From Candidatus Xenobia bacterium (GTDB lineage: Bacteria; Vulcanimicrobiota; Xenobia; Xenobiales; QWHO01): a DNA stretch of 34,438 nucleotides. The stretch is taken from contig BTUM01000083.1 in NCBI GenBank assembly GCA_045863235.1, positions 1 through 34,438 of the forward strand, given 5' to 3'. The translations under genes and the position numbers were made by a program. Under the pieces are notes generated by a model that was not told the origin of the DNA, searched no databases, and was given only the letters and a program-made list of their open reading frames with translations. Shown here piece after piece: positions 32,950 to 34,438 of this stretch. Numbering within the stretch: the stretch's first letter is position 1; every line of letters starts with the position of its first letter.

Positions 32950-33936
32950 TCAGGGTGTCGGCGGACCCAGTGGGGGCGCGTTGCTGCCGAGTAAGTAGCT
33001 GTCTCCCTGAAGCTCCACTGTGGTTCCGGGGCTCGAGGGGACGACCTGGGTGTCCTTTGTGGTGGGCGCGACTCGCACCGTCATCGGAGCGGACTGGACC
33101 ACGTCCGTCTTCGTCCAACTCCCAGCCGGCCCTCGACACATGTCGACCTGCTTTCCCTTCGAATCGGTGAACCTCTCCACCTTGCACGGGATCTTTCTCT
33201 GAACCGCCCGCATCGACGGAGCCTGGATCGTGAGCTCGCTCGGGGGCGGAGGCGTCGCTGCCGGTGGGGGAGGGGGTGGCGGTGCCTGTTGTTTCAATGC
33301 AATGCATTCGCGCTCGAGGGAGATCCAGCCCGGGGCGTTGTCACCGCTGGCGGTGCCATACTGCCCTCCGATGAGAAGGCCCATGGCGCCCACATTCGTT
33401 CCGTTGGACTTGCCGAAGTTGCCCGCCGCGTCCGCGGTCTCGCGACCGATGAACCAGGTTTCGCTGCCGACTTTCACCTCGCGGTATCCTTCGTTCCCAT
33501 TCGGGTGCTTGAAGGGGAGGCAGTTGGAGACGGAGATGCCGATGCTGCCCCCGGCGACCGGGGGAGGTTGCGTGGCCGAGAATGTGACCGCCCCGGCCCT
33601 CATATTGGTCACCGGGCCTTGCACATTGACGTTGCCGCCCTGCTGGCTTACGGCCCCGGTTGTGACGGCCGCGCTGCCGCCGGCTCCACCGCCGGCGCTG
33701 ACGTTCCCCACGTTGCCGCCGCCGGCGCTGACGTTTCCGACGTTTCCTCCGCGGGCGCTCACGTTGCCGACATGAGCTGCGGAAGAGTTGTGGATCGCAT
33801 TGAAGTTGATCGCTGTGCTGTCCCCCCCCGTGGCGTGAGCGCCGGCGCTGGCACCTGGGGGAGACTCCGGGGGATTGGTGGCATGGGCCGTCGCAGCGAA
33901 GGCGATGGCCACGGCTCCCAGGGTTGCTTTGATCAT
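32950..33936 (-). CDS. secreted Gly/Asn-repeat, Pro-rich hypothetical protein (328 aa)
   Basis: GAGGAG RBS before ATG 33936; MIKATLGAVAIAFAATAHA|TN signal peptide; GGNVGNVSA repeats; poly-Pro; four Cys. Confidence 0.75.
   Translation of the reverse strand: MIKATLGAVAIAFAATAHATNPPESPPGASAGAHATGGDSTAINFNAIHNSSAAHVGNVSARGGNVGNVSAGGGNVGNVSAGGGAGGSAAVTTGAVSQQGGNVNVQGPVTNMRAGAVTFSATQPPPVAGGSIGISVSNCLPFKHPNGNEGYREVKVGSETWFIGRETADAAGNFGKSNGTNVGAMGLLIGGQYGTASGDNAPGWISLERECIALKQQAPPPPPPPAATPPPPSELTIQAPSMRAVQRKIPCKVERFTDSKGKQVDMCRGPAGSWTKTDVVQSAPMTVRVAPTTKDTQVVPSSPGTTVELQGDSYLLGSNAPPLGPPTP
33691..33773 (-). repeat. 30-bp tandem repeat, about 3 copies, encoding GGNVGNVSAG/R
   Basis: GC(C/G)GGCGCT(G/C)ACGTT.CC.AC units starting at 33691, 33721 and 33751. 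Confidence 0.8.
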
Positions 33937-34211
33937 CGATACACTCCTCTCGGTTGGGAGCAAAGCGAAGTCATGCACCCTGATAGGGGCGTCTGGCTGT
34001 ACCCTGCTCCGCTGGTTTCCGGCCCGGAGGGGACGGATTGCCTCATCTACCTTAGGAGGAGGGAATGTATCGGCATTCGATTCGCTTGGCGACATGTTTC
34101 CGGGGCGTAAACAACATGTTGCCAGGTTTGTGCTGGTCCCTCTGGCGGAGTCCAGTTTGGGCCTCGAGCCAGCCGGTCAGCCGTGGCAGTCCGTCCTGGG
34201 ACGCGGCAACC

Positions 34212-34436
34212 TTAAGTCCTCAGCCCGACCCCTCGTCTCAGAAGCTCGAGATTAAGCACGTAAAGTCCCACCGTTAAGCCGCCGAGGAGGAGCAGTCCCA
34301 CCGTGACGCTGGCGTCGGAGACGCCCAGAAAGCCGTAGCGAAAGCCGTCCACCATGTAGAAGATGGGGTTGAGAAGGCTGAGCTGCTGCCAGGGCTGGGG
34401 CAGCAACTTGATGGAGTAGAAGACCCCCGCGAAATA
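34212..34436 (-). CDS. ABC-2 type transporter permease (YadH-like), 3' end only
   Basis: YFAGVFYSIKLLPQPWQQLSLLNPIFYMVDGFRYGFLG..LLRRGVGLR; runs off the window edge. Confidence 0.88.
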   Translation of the reverse strand, partial: YFAGVFYSIKLLPQPWQQLSLLNPIFYMVDGFRYGFLGVSDASVTVGLLLLGGLTVGLYVLNLELLRRGVGLRT

Positions 34437-34438
34437 GG

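Noticed and set aside
29815..33773. Direct repeats as a possible CRISPR array or mobile-element ends
   Set aside because: All are in-frame intragenic repeats without unique spacers, and no cas, transposase or integrase genes are present
34060..34095. Sigma28-like GCCGATAC upstream of the 33936 gene
   Set aside because: No TAAA-like -35 at the 15-nt spacing

Overview
GC-rich, gene-dense bacterial window with about 29 protein-coding genes. I found no rRNA, tRNA, CRISPR array or recognisable mobile element. Seven prepilin-type (class III signal) genes sit in two groups. Group A is PilW-like (554) and a large PilX-like (1343), plus a PilV-like gene at 7615; it is interleaved with and followed by a glycan-modification region. 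That region holds a GT2::GT-C fusion, an HTTM protein, a GT2, a Wzx-like flippase, a GT4::radical-SAM fusion, a pyruvyl-transferase-family protein and a 2OG-Fe(II)-like oxygenase::Rieske fusion. Group B is a translationally coupled PilV/W/X/FimU-like quartet whose members carry their own Ig-like and beta-propeller domains; it lies downstream of a membrane GAF histidine kinase and a REC/degenerate HD-GYP/BTAD regulator, and divergent from an N-terminally short PilC. Also present are a stand-alone FliF C-terminal ring-domain protein, a bitopic protein carrying the PilC/GspF N-terminal motif, a 1165-aa repeat protein with a C-terminal His/Cys caspase-like domain and no adjacent immunity gene, a secreted Gly/Asn-repeat protein and the 3' end of an ABC-2 permease. 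Non-coding signals include three extended -10 leaderless promoters, a recurring GYAACA..TAACNNGTT(A/T) motif and strong hairpins. The gene content reminds me of Ca. Eremiobacterota (Vulcanimicrobiota), but that is an impression only. All product calls come from reading motifs by eye; no database searches were run.
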